A stretch of 64,000 bases of DNA, from contig CAKKNE010000002.1 of the NCBI GenBank assembly GCA_918797485.1, forward strand, positions 3,968,001 through 4,032,000, written 5' to 3'. Position 1 is the first letter of the stretch; each line of letters starts with the position of its first letter. The stretch is from Pelagomonas calceolata (taxonomy: Eukaryota). The notes below the pieces were generated by a model, which saw only the letters and a program-made list of their open reading frames with translations, had not been told where the DNA came from and ran no database searches. Below, piece by piece: positions 38,926 to 48,737 of this stretch. Made by a program: the position numbers and the translations under genes.

Positions 38926-39055
38926 GTTGATGGGCTGCCCCCGGTGGGCTGCGTCCCGCTACGTGGCTCGATAAGCGAGGCAGAATCGAAATCAGCCCAT
39001 GAAAAAACGGGTTTTTCCCGATCCGTCACGATAATAAACGCCTCGTTACGCACTA

Positions 39056-40357
39056 CTACTCGAGCTTCGCCGGCGCCAAATGAGAGGCCTCGAGCGGCTC
39101 CCGCGTCCTCAACAGGTACTGTTTCGGCCCGTCCGCCGTCGCCGCCGTGACCGCCACGCCGGCCTTCGTTTTCACTAAACTCATCTTCTCGGACAGGGCG
39201 AAATTCAACACGACCTTGCCGACGTCGTTGCGCACGACGACGCGCGCCGCTCCCGTCGTCTTGTGCCTCGTAATTCGCAGCTGTCCCTTGCCGAGGTCGC
39301 GCCACTGGGGCTTTTCTCCTTCCGGTTTGTCGTATCGACGTAACGCGCACCGACTCTCGAAGGCTGTTGTTTCGTCACCATCATCAGCCTTCGCGACCGC
39401 CACCCGTTCTTCCTTGGGCATCGCGTCGTCTTCCTTTGATGATGGTGCGGGCGCCGGTGCTCCCCCAAAGTTGAACGCGCTCGTGGATGGTGGGGCGGCG
39501 CCGAAGCTGAAGGCCGGTTTTGGCGCGTCAGCTTTAGGAGGTGGCGCGCCGAAGTTGAACGCCGGCTTCGGCGCCGCCTCAGGTTTAGCTGGCGCGCCGA
39601 AGCTGAAGGGCTTTGAAGCCGGCGCCGGCGCCGGCGCGGCCGGGAAGGCGAAAGGCTTTGATGCTGCGGGCGCGCTCGGCGCCGCGACGGGCGCGCTGCT
39701 CTCCAACTTCGCCACGTGGGCCAGGTAGTCGCGCACGCCGGCCGTCCAGGGCGTCGCGGGCTTGTTTTGGGCCTGCCTTCTCACCCACTTGAGGAAGGCC
39801 CGGTTGCACGCCTCGAGCTTGTCCGCACTAGACTTAATGATGGGCGTCTCGGCCATCGGTTTTGTTGCGTTAGAAGGCGACGCGAGGAAGGACGAGCCAC
39901 CGCCGAAAGCTGATGACGGTGCCGTCGGCGCCGGCGCTGGGGCGCTGATGAAAGAAGCGAACGGGTTGCCTCCGGCCGGCTTCGGAAAGCTCAATCCTGA
40001 AGACTTCTGGCCCGGCGCCGGCGGCGGCGCCGTCAGCTTGACGTTCGCGAAGATGCCCGCGCCCTTGGCGCCGGCCCCGATGCCTTCCATTGCCACGTAA
40101 CCCTGCTTCGGCTTTGCGGCTACTGTTGGTTTAGTACCAGCGTCTAAGGCTGGAGGCGCCTGCATCTGGGGCGTGCTCTTCGATTTGAAGCGGCCACTTA
40201 CGGACACGATGCGCCTCTTCCGCAGTTTTTCTTGGGAGGCGCGCTGGAACGTGCCGGCCTCGACGACCTCGTCATCCTCGGCTTCCGCTTCTTCTCTACG
40301 TTGCTGGGCGTTCGTGTTGCGGCGCTTGCCGCCGCCGCCTTGCGGGCGGTCGGACAT
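39056..40357 (-). CDS. NUP50: Nucleoporin Nup50/Nup2-like (FG repeats plus Ran-binding domain)
   Basis: GTFQRASQEKLRKRRIV N-terminal motif; FSFG/FNFG repeats; WRDLGKGQLR...ARVVVRND.GKVVLN RanBD. Confidence 0.85.
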   Translation of the reverse strand: MSDRPQGGGGKRRNTNAQQRREEAEAEDDEVVEAGTFQRASQEKLRKRRIVSVSGRFKSKSTPQMQAPPALDAGTKPTVAAKPKQGYVAMEGIGAGAKGAGIFANVKLTAPPPAPGQKSSGLSFPKPAGGNPFASFISAPAPAPTAPSSAFGGGSSFLASPSNATKPMAETPIIKSSADKLEACNRAFLKWVRRQAQNKPATPWTAGVRDYLAHVAKLESSAPVAAPSAPAASKPFAFPAAPAPAPASKPFSFGAPAKPEAAPKPAFNFGAPPPKADAPKPAFSFGAAPPSTSAFNFGGAPAPAPSSKEDDAMPKEERVAVAKADDGDETTAFESRCALRRYDKPEGEKPQWRDLGKGQLRITRHKTTGAARVVVRNDVGKVVLNFALSEKMSLVKTKAGVAVTAATADGPKQYLLRTREPLEASHLAPAKLE

Positions 40358-40547
40358 GGTTTTGCTGCTGTGCGCGTCGCTGGCGCCTCGCTGTGCTGCG
40401 TTTTTGCGCAGCGGTGCGTCTTCTCGCGTGGCTCGCTGCTAGGAACTCGCGCGCGGCTGGCGATTTGTGGGGCGACCGCCTTTTTTGTGATTGCTAGCGG
40501 GATCGCCTCGAATTACGTGCTGTGGCGCCCTCGGCTTTTTGCTGCTG

Positions 40548-40569
40548 CTAGTGTCTTACCTTCCGCTAG
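40548..40569 (-). promoter_or_regulatory. CTAG-box promoter element copy
   Basis: Reverse complement CTAGCG GAAGGTAAGA CACTAG, 191 bp upstream of the Nup50 ATG. Confidence 0.7.
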
Positions 40570-40614
40570 GTCGGCATTTGTTTTTTTACACGTATTACAC
40601 ACGGCGCGCGACGT

Positions 40615-41577
40615 TCAGTTCTGCCGGTTCTTGATCGCGTCGGCCGCGACAGGGTCGACCTGGTAGGCGAGGGCGTGGAGCTCGTCGATCTTCGTCTGGA
40701 GCGCGTTCACAGTGAGCGTCAGCGGGTTCACGAGGTCGTCATGCACGTCCTCGAGCTCCTCGGCGGCATCCGCTGCCTCGGCGGTGGCGGCGGCGGCGGC
40801 GGCCGACGCCGCGGCCGCGACGGCGTCGGTGCGGTCGCGCGCCCCTTCGACGGCGTCCTTCTCCTCCTTGACGCGCTTCAGAGTCGATGACTGCTGCTCA
40901 TCGTGCGCGTCCCGCAGCGCGTTGCGCTTCTTCGCGGGCGGCGAGGCGTCGCCGTCGCACAGATCAACGACGTCGTCGCCGGCGAGCTGGCGCTTGAGCG
41001 ACGCGTTCTCGGACTGCAGTCGCGACGCGTACTCGGCGAGGGGTCCGAGTTCTTTCAACGCCTGCTGGGCGTATGACTTGCCGACGTCCGAGCCATTTGC
41101 CAGAAGCGCCGAGAGCGCCTCGACGCCGCCGGCCTCGACGATCGCGGTGCTAGTGTCCATACGCCCACAACAACGGGTGAAGCACCACAACGCTTTTGCG
41201 GTCTCCTCCTGGTCGTCGGCCGAGCCGCCTGAGAGGCGCCCCACGAATCGCTGAGCGATCGCGGTGCAGTGGGCGACCAGGGCGCCGGCGTCGGCCTTTT
41301 TCTTCCTCCGCTTGCCCGGCGGTTCGCGCCGCGCCGGCGCCGCAGCCTCGGCCTGTGCGGCGCTCGCGTCGCGGCGCTTGCGCCGCGGGCGCTTGGCGTC
41401 TAGATCAATTTTTTTCACGTCGCCGACGGCGACCTCTTCCCGCGCGCCGGTGCTCTCCCAGCGCACGAGGACCGTATCGTCTCCTGTGCGCACGGGCCGC
41501 GCGACATACGCCTGATGTTGGTGGTATCCTACCAGGACCTTCTCGTCGACTGCGTAGAGCACTGGTGCAGCCTCCAT
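40615..41577 (-). CDS. Hypothetical protein: Tudor/SH3-like N-terminus, NLS, ARM-like repeat, coiled coil
   Basis: VLVRWESTG; KRPRRKRR; IVEAGGVEALSALLANGS ARM-like segment. Confidence 0.65.
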   Translation of the reverse strand: MEAAPVLYAVDEKVLVGYHQHQAYVARPVRTGDDTVLVRWESTGAREEVAVGDVKKIDLDAKRPRRKRRDASAAQAEAAAPARREPPGKRRKKKADAGALVAHCTAIAQRFVGRLSGGSADDQEETAKALWCFTRCCGRMDTSTAIVEAGGVEALSALLANGSDVGKSYAQQALKELGPLAEYASRLQSENASLKRQLAGDDVVDLCDGDASPPAKKRNALRDAHDEQQSSTLKRVKEEKDAVEGARDRTDAVAAAASAAAAAATAEAADAAEELEDVHDDLVNPLTLTVNALQTKIDELHALAYQVDPVAADAIKNRQN

Positions 41578-41717
41578 GTGACTCGAGTGCCTCGTGCGCG
41601 CCCGAACCGCTCGTTTTTGTTTACCGCTTCGACTTTCAGCTGTGCAGAGCGTCTGGAAACCAGCCCAGCTGCGTCGTCTGTTGCCAGGAGGGTCACAAGC
41701 AAAGACCCAAAGAGAAA

Positions 41718-41738
41718 CTAGCGGCTGTAAGGCACTAG
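41718..41738 (+). promoter_or_regulatory. CTAG-box promoter element copy
   Basis: CTAGCG GCTGTAAGG CACTAG, 141 bp upstream of minus-strand ATG 41577. Confidence 0.7.
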
Positions 41739-41828
41739 CAAGTTTTTTTTCGGGACGCGCTTTTGCATTGCGCTTGCCATCGGCATTGCGGAAAACCCGT
41801 ACCGAGACAAGAAGACACTAATAAAACC

Positions 41829-43211
41829 TCACCTATACCCAAAATACCGCCGCTTCGTCACGTCCTTCCGCGGCACGGGCCGCGCTTCGAACTTCAGGTC
41901 GCGCCGCGTGTTGTGCGTCGCGTTCGCGCTGACCAACTCGAAGACCCCATCCCCGTGGAACGCGCGGCACGCCTCGGAGGGCAGGCGGAACCACGTCGAC
42001 GCGGGGACGGCTTTGAAATGAAGGGACCCTTCCTCGGGGCCCAGCGAGCCGTCGACGGGGTGCTTCGCGTCCGACGAGAAGTGTGATTTTGAGGAGTGTA
42101 GAGTATAAGGCGTCACGTGGCTGCCGACGGCGTCGCTCACGGAGCAGCCGTAGGCGCGGTCGCGCCGCCACGCCGCGCCGGCGGCTTTCGCCGGGGCGCA
42201 CTGGCCGGGCTCCGTTTTGCACAAAGTACCCGTCGAGGGTAAGACCGTGCCGCCACTGTAGAAATGAGATGATACGGGGTGCTGCGGTAAGTGTTGCACT
42301 CGAGGCACTCGCACGAGGTCGTCGCGATACCCACTCCGCGTGGCGTCCCTTGCGGCCTGGTAGGGCGAGGCCGCGTAGCAAGCTCCGAGTAAATAAGCGT
42401 TATGCTTATCATCAGCTGAGTCATACGTCGGTAGAGGAGCCACAGACTTAGCGTCGAGGGACCATTCCGGTTTCTTCCATTCACCATTTTTTTTCTCCCT
42501 TCTTACTTCCTGCTTGCGCCACTTGGCGATGGCCTCGGGCATCGTTTGTGGTTTACATCCTCTATCGACCTCTTTACCATGTCTATAACTGCGATACTTC
42601 GTCCGCAGGGCCCTTATTGTTTTCGACGTGTTGGCGCCCAGATATAAGTGTACCGCGTCATCTAACCGAGTCTTGGGATTCGGCACGGCCTTCCTCCGCT
42701 CGATACGATGTTGTAAATAAGCTTCGACCTTCTCCGAGCCGCCCATGCGGCTCCGGTCCCACTGCAGTGACCGTTGGAAGTGTGATAATTCACTATTCCA
42801 GTCGACCTCCGGTTTCTTGGGCGACTGGCCCGTCTCGTAGTCCGCACCCTCAGCCTTGTCGTCCCAGTCCTCGGGCTTCGCGCGCGGTGTGGGCAGGTCG
42901 CAGCCCCGCGACGCGACGCGGCAACACAGAAGGTTCATGCTCCACATCGTCTTGTGGGCCATGTCCGTGACCGCCTTCCTGACGACGCGCTGCGCGACAA
43001 CCTCCGCCAAAACTTCCTCGGGGTGGTCCTCCCTCCATTTCTTTTGCTTGAGCTCCTCCTGGCGCTGCTGTTCGCGCTCGAAGCTTGCTCGCTTCGCCGC
43101 CGCCTCGTCTCTTCTCTTAGATTCGCGCGACGCCGTGCGGGCCCGTTCCCGCTCTTCGGCGGCCTCGGCGTCGTATTCGCCATAAGCCTTGAGGTCTCTG
43201 AGGCTGGCCAT
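41829..43211 (-). CDS. Hypothetical protein
   Basis: Long ORF from GCCATGG at 43211; no family recognised. Confidence 0.65.
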   Translation of the reverse strand: MASLRDLKAYGEYDAEAAEERERARTASRESKRRDEAAAKRASFEREQQRQEELKQKKWREDHPEEVLAEVVAQRVVRKAVTDMAHKTMWSMNLLCCRVASRGCDLPTPRAKPEDWDDKAEGADYETGQSPKKPEVDWNSELSHFQRSLQWDRSRMGGSEKVEAYLQHRIERRKAVPNPKTRLDDAVHLYLGANTSKTIRALRTKYRSYRHGKEVDRGCKPQTMPEAIAKWRKQEVRREKKNGEWKKPEWSLDAKSVAPLPTYDSADDKHNAYLLGACYAASPYQAARDATRSGYRDDLVRVPRVQHLPQHPVSSHFYSGGTVLPSTGTLCKTEPGQCAPAKAAGAAWRRDRAYGCSVSDAVGSHVTPYTLHSSKSHFSSDAKHPVDGSLGPEEGSLHFKAVPASTWFRLPSEACRAFHGDGVFELVSANATHNTRRDLKFEARPVPRKDVTKRRYFGYR

Positions 43212-43579
43212 GGCTGCCCCGGCGCTGCCCCGGGCGACGTGCCGTCGCAGCGGTCCCGCGTGCGTGCCTCGCGCTGCGATTGGCAGCCCAGGCCCCCGGC
43301 GCGGCCTCTGCAAAGGCTTAGCGCCGCCGAGCGCTGCTCTCGCGCCCTTGGTCCGAGGCGGACGCCTCGGCACCCGTCTGCAGCGCCGGGAGACGTATAC
43401 GTAGGTCTTGCGGGAGCCCACCGCGCCTACATTCAGGCTCGCGCGGTTATTGAGCGCGCGCGGCACGCGCCCGCCACTGGGGGGCGCCGCCCACTAGTCC
43501 TAACAGACGCCATCGCCGCGACAGACAGAGGCAGACACAAGGGCGATTACTCGGACGATGTACAGGCAGGCGAGCGGCG

Positions 43580-44191
43580 TCAGCGCTTCTTTCTCGCAGA
43601 CGGCTTCTTCGCGGCAGGCTTCTTGGATTTGGACTTCTTCTTGGGCGGCTCCTTGGGCTCCGCCTCGCCCTCGGCCGGCGCGACCACCGTTTTGATGACG
43701 CCGAGGCGGTAGACCGCCGTTCCGCTCGCGTCGCGCAGCACGAGGACCGTCAGAGAGTTCCCGAAGGCGTTTCCATCTCCATCGTAGTTCCGGAGCACGA
43801 CGTGGACGTCTTCATTAGAACGGAACGCGGCGGACAGCTGCTTATTACATGAGTCGTTGACGGCGCACTTTTTTGAACCCTGGAGCTTCTTGCAGTTGTG
43901 GCCCACGAGCGCGCCACGCGCGTACTTCATGTCGGCCACGAACGTTTTGGACGCGGTCAAGATCTTGTGGTCGTGGTCGTCGGCTCTTGATAGGAGCCAG
44001 GGCCCGCGGAAGCGGCGGATCTGGTTCACGAGCGCGGCGTCCTCGGTAGAAATTGCGGAGAGGACCTCGCTCAGCGCGAGCGTCGACTCGTCGCTGACGT
44101 CTTCAAAATTCGCCGGCGTGCCCGGGTAGTGGGCGGGGAGCGCGGCGCCGAGCCTTGCGCGCGCCGAGAGGCTCTTCAGCGGCTCACCCAT
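43580..44191 (-). CDS. Stand-alone degenerate LOV/PAS-domain protein with basic C-terminal tail
   Basis: LVGHNCKKLQG (cf. GxNCRFLQG), LRNYDGDGNAFGNSLTV..LRD..G...Y.LGV. Confidence 0.72.
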   Translation of the reverse strand: MGEPLKSLSARARLGAALPAHYPGTPANFEDVSDESTLALSEVLSAISTEDAALVNQIRRFRGPWLLSRADDHDHKILTASKTFVADMKYARGALVGHNCKKLQGSKKCAVNDSCNKQLSAAFRSNEDVHVVLRNYDGDGNAFGNSLTVLVLRDASGTAVYRLGVIKTVVAPAEGEAEPKEPPKKKSKSKKPAAKKPSARKKR

Positions 44192-44458
44192 AACTGCGCT
44201 CTTGCGATCTGTCTCGCGCTCTTCTTGTAGTCTGTCTCACCCTCCGGCGAGCTTGTTGGCAGCGTCTAGGGTGCGCTTTCACCGCAAGATCAACAGGTGC
44301 TCTGTGAGAGCCTTGCTTCAACGAGAGCTGTGCAGCCGGGATTTCGCTGCCGGTCGAGGAACTGAAAAGTTTGAGTAATGCGAAGGCTTTTGGCAATCTA
44401 CACTAGCCGAAGGCGCAGCAATCGCACAAGATCAGCGAGGATTATCGAGAACGCTTGC

Positions 44459-44480
44459 CTATCGTAATGTAAGGCTCTAG
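44459..44480 (+). promoter_or_regulatory. CTAG-box promoter element copy (diverged)
   Basis: CTATCG TAATGTAAGG CTCTAG between divergent LOV-like gene and ITPA. Confidence 0.5.
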
Positions 44481-44676
44481 CAAGCGGCAAAAAAAGCTGC
44501 TGCTCTTGTCGTGCACTTGTCGTGCGCACGTCTGCTTTGAGCTGCTTTGAGGCGAGTAGAGTTCGTCAGAGATACGTTCGCGCCCAAGCCCTTCGCTGCG
44601 CGAGAGCACAGAGCCGTCTCAAAGGCCGTGCATGCTGCTCAGGACCACAGCGCTCCTCGCCGGCTCGGTAAGAGCC

Positions 44677-45282
44677 ATGACGACCCTCACCTTCGTCACG
44701 GGCAACGCCAAGAAGCTCGAGGAGGTCACGGCCATACTCCAGAAAGGAAGCCCACTACCGTTCACGATCGGTAATCAAGCATTGGACCTGCCCGAGCTGC
44801 AGGGCGAGCCTGATGAGATTGCCAGAGAGAAAGGTAAGCTAGCAGCGGAGGCGGCAAAAGGTCCAATCATGTGCGAGGATACGTTGTTGTGCTTCAACGC
44901 GTTGGGTGGTCTGCCGGGCCCTTATATAAAATGGTTCCTCCAGAAGTTGGGGCACGAGGGCCTGAACAATTTGCTGGCGGCCTACGAGGATAAAAGCGCG
45001 TACGCGCAGTGTTTATTTGCTTTGTGTGCGGGCCCGGGCCAGCCCGTGCGGCTCTTCGACGGGCGGACGCCGGGTAAAATCGTGCCGGCGCGCGGCGACA
45101 ATCAATTTGGGTGGGATCCCGTCTTCGAGCCCGACGAAGGTGGAGGCGGCACCTACGCGGAAATACCGAAGGACGCGAAGAACGCGATCTCGCACCGTGG
45201 TAGGGCGCTGGCGCAGCTGCGGGAGTGGCTTCTTGCTAACTCCGAGGCGTTCGAGGCCGAGTGCCGGGCCGCCGCGAGCTAG
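44677..45282 (+). CDS. ITPA: Inosine triphosphate pyrophosphatase (Ham1 family); upstream in-frame ATG at 44632 may add a targeting peptide
   Basis: [54 protein letters not shown]. Confidence 0.95.
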   Translation: MTTLTFVTGNAKKLEEVTAILQKGSPLPFTIGNQALDLPELQGEPDEIAREKGKLAAEAAKGPIMCEDTLLCFNALGGLPGPYIKWFLQKLGHEGLNNLLAAYEDKSAYAQCLFALCAGPGQPVRLFDGRTPGKIVPARGDNQFGWDPVFEPDEGGGGTYAEIPKDAKNAISHRGRALAQLREWLLANSEAFEAECRAAAS

Positions 45283-45588
45283 GTTTTATGTTTATATTTT
45301 GGTTGCGTCGATGGCGTCGAGGTCGACGGCCAAGACGTGGCCCGCGGCGACGCGGGTCACGCAGCGATAGAGTCGGCGACGGCGTGGTGGGGACCACTGC
45401 AGCTAGAGGGTTCAGCCGCTGGCCAGCCTTGACGGGCAACCCAATACGCCATCGACGCGCGGAGCAACCCGGGAGTAGAAGAAAGAATCTAGAACACTTT
45501 TTATGGCTTCCTTCCTTCCCGCTGGAACTAGAGGGGATAGGGGTCGTCGCTGCCGAGAGCGACGTGGAATTCGCGCGTGGAATGGTGG

Positions 45589-46556
45589 TCACGCGGCAAG
45601 GGCTTGCGCCGGCGCCGGCGAGGGCTCGTCGACCTTGCGCCGCTTGGCGAGGTCGGGCAGGTCCGCGTTCGACACGACGGGGCCGTGCAGGGCGCGCGGC
45701 GGCGACGGCGGCGTGTTGTTGCCGCCGACGACGTGCAGGGTGTCGGACGACACGCAGGCCGGCAGGCCGGCGTCGGGCGACACGCCTCGAACAAATGATT
45801 CGTCCGAGTCGTCGGAGCGCGCGCGCTTGCGCTCCATTTCGATGGGCGCGCGCGCCGCCGGCCGCTCGGCGACGCCGTCCAACAACTTGGCCGCCGCGGT
45901 TAATAACGCGAGCTGCGGCCGCGCGTCCAAGTTCGGCACGGCGGCGGCCCGCGCCAGACTCACCTCGTCGTCGGACGACACTTTTCTAGCTGGTGGCGGC
46001 TGCGCCGCCCTTCTTAGTTTTTTAAAGTACTTCTGCGCGTGGGAGCGGACCTGGATGACCGTGCGCGTGCCGACGTGCTCCGCGATGCGGATCCACTTGC
46101 GGCGGCCGTACTTCTCGAGGCCGTCGACGAAGCGCGCGTGCTCCTGGGCGGACCAGCGGCCTGCGTTGCGGGTTCGCGTAACGGTTTCGCCCGGGCGCGG
46201 CTATCGGTGTGTGTTTGAGGTGTGGAGCACCCCCGCCGTCGCGCAGGCGCGCGCGAACCCGTCGGTGTGTGTGTGTGTCGCGTTTGGCAGCGCGCGCGAA
46301 ACGAAACGACGCGGTTTTCTCTCAGGCGTCAAAAACGCGACTCGGGAGATATACCGGATTCGAGCTGCGCCTCGTCGGTGGAGCTGTTGCGGCTCAGGGT
46401 CAATTGCGGTTGGATTTTGGAGCGACGACAGGTGCTTACATCCTCGGCGCTGCGCCCGAGGTGGTCGGCAGCATCTTGCTTCAGCTCCCGATTATCCTTG
46501 GCTAGCTCCGCGCCTGCGTGTCCCTCGCTTGTCGTGCTGCAGTATGTTGTGGCCAT
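45589..46556 (-). CDS. SHAQKYF-class single-repeat MYB transcription factor; exons 46556-46440 and 46200-45589
   Basis: NAGRWSAQEHARFVDGLEKYGRRKWIRIAEHVGTRTVIQVRSHAQKYF read on the minus strand; phase-0 intron 46201-46439 (GTAAGC...ACCGATAG); the MYB domain is absent from the ORF track. Confidence 0.85.
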
Positions 46557-47519
46557 GAACCCGCTGGTGCTCTGGTCGAACGCGCTATGTACAGAGATGC
46601 GTCCTTCGCGTAGATAGGAGGCTGGATGAGAGGCTGGCGTCCTGACGCCAGTGGGCTCTGCACGGGAGGCCGACTTCAAACACAGCACGGCGTGACCCCC
46701 GCCGCCCAGGCCTCTGAAAATACTCCATCACGAAACCCTTGTACCCTTGTTTGCCCGTTCTCGGCTCTCTGAGTTCAACGCGGGAGAACGCGGGCCAAGA
46801 TGCGGCGTGCGCGGGATAGGCTACGGACTCGACGGTGAAGACCCGATGCCGGATCCGGAACTTTAGAGGCCTGGTTCTAGTGCATCCATATCCAAGGGGC
46901 TAGCACCCGCCTGCGAATACTAGCGTCTTTGACGCTAGGGGTGTCCTGGGGGACACCCGCAGACATAACCAGGCACGTACATGGTAATCCCAATATTGAG
47001 CGACCAAAGGTCCTCTAGAGTGACCAGGCCGGGGTCAGCTCGACAGAGGGGTTCAAGAGGGGCGGGTGTATATCAAAAATCGGTCGATCGGACGCCCCTA
47101 CCATCGACGGTCAAAGCTGCGCCGTCTTCCAACGCCCCCAAGGCCAGATCGAGCGCCGGCACGCCGAGCGCATCGAGCGCGCCCGCGTCGATGGGCGTCA
47201 GGACCGTTGCCTGAGGCGTCGATGGACGCGGCTTGATTAACCCCGACGGGACAACGACGTGATGAAAGTTGTAGGTCAGAGCACTCGCTAAAAAGCCATC
47301 CACCAGGGCCGGCACCGCCTCCCGAGCCGCCTCTCCCGAGCCTTGCGGGCCGCGGGGTACGGTTCCCAAGCGCAGCTCGCCCCCTCGCGAGCGCGCGCGG
47401 CGAGCGGCGTCCCCCGCACCTCGACGACGCCTACGCGACGCGACGCCATCGCACACCAAGAGACTAGGGAAGAGAGATATACACGCATTAATAGGGGGGA
47501 GAGAGGAGCCGCTCACTCA

Positions 47520-48299
47520 CTAGCCCACCAGCAAATTGGCGTCGCCCGTGAACTTGTAGGGCGGGATCTCGAGGTTCAGGGGCGCCGGGCCCTTGCGGAT
47601 GCGGCCCGAGACGTCGTAGTGGGAGCCGTGGCAGGGGCAGAACCAGCCGCCGTAGTCGCCCGCGTTGGCAATTGGCACACATCCTAAATGAGTGCAGATG
47701 CCCATCACCACCAGCCACTCGGCGGATTCGACCCTAGCAGCGTCCGTCTCCGGGTCCCTGAGTTCGTCCAGCGACACGGCTTCAGATGAGGCGATCTCGT
47801 CGGCCGTGCGGTGTCTGATGAAGACGGGCTTGCCGCGCCACTTGACCTGTGTATTTTGTGTGATGCGTCGATGGCGTACAGACGGACACTGAGTGCATAC
47901 GGTGATCGTCTGCCCCTCCTCGACGGCGGACACGTCAAACTCCGCCGACGCCAATGCTAGAACGTCTTTTGTCGCAGACATCGTCGCGATGAACTTTAAC
48001 GCGCCGATCCTCACCGCCGACGCGTAGATGAACTTGTTCGCCCCCATCAACAGGTAGGTAAATCCCCTATTCTCGGCGGCGCCAGAGACGCCGCCTTTGT
48101 CGATGCGGTCTTTAGTGAACCCATAATCAAAACTGCCCAGGTCCTCGCCGGGGCTGAGGGTGGCCGGGGTGGTCGCGAGGGGGCGCGCCCACCTCGCTTG
48201 GGTTTGAGGGGCCCGCGCGGCGGCGGTCCGCGCCGGGGCCCGCGCGGCGGCGGAAGCTGTGCGGCAGAGGCCGCGCCTCAGGAGCGCCGCGGCGGCCAT
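47520..48299 (-). CDS. UQCRFS1: Mitochondrial cytochrome bc1 Rieske iron-sulfur protein; intron 47847-47900
   Basis: CTHLGCVP and CPCHGSHY boxes, [20 protein letters not shown]; Arg/Ala-rich presequence. Confidence 0.96.
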   Translation of the reverse strand: MAAAALLRRGLCRTASAAARAPARTAAARAPQTQARWARPLATTPATLSPGEDLGSFDYGFTKDRIDKGGVSGAAENRGFTYLLMGANKFIYASAVRIGALKFIATMSATKDVLALASAEFDVSAVEEGQTITVCTQCPSVRHRRITQNTQVKWRGKPVFIRHRTADEIASSEAVSLDELRDPETDAARVESAEWLVVMGICTHLGCVPIANAGDYGGWFCPCHGSHYDVSGRIRKGPAPLNLEIPPYKFTGDANLLVG

Positions 48300-48737
48300 G
48301 AGGTCCTCAGGCGGGCCCGCCTTACTCCGCTACCCTACTCTTGAGGTTGCTGGCTCCCCCCAGCGCTCAAATTCTGCCCGATTGAGGCCTTCCTCGAGCA
48401 GCCAGTTTTTGGTAAGGCTAGTATCTATCTGACGCTAGATTAGAAAGAAGTCTGAAAAGGGGACCGGAGCCGTCCGTAGCGCCTTCTTATCGATCCTCGC
48501 CGGCAAGAACGGTCGGCTGGCAGGAATTGCCCGACTTGGCATGTCGCCTCCGCAGTCGGCTTTAGCAGTGCCGTGCGGGACGTGCACACACTTATCGCTG
48601 GGTCTGACGCGCGTTTTAGGACTACCGAACCAGACTCTCAGCGCTGCGAACGATAACGGCATCGATAGCGCGCGCCACAGCAGCAGAGGCCCCTGAGTGC
48701 TGCAGTGCTCAAATTTGTGCGGCGCGCGGACGTAAAG

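Noticed and set aside
45261..46558. Plus-strand ORFs of 242 and 351 aa
   Set aside because: Antisense to the spliced MYB gene, which has the recognisable domain
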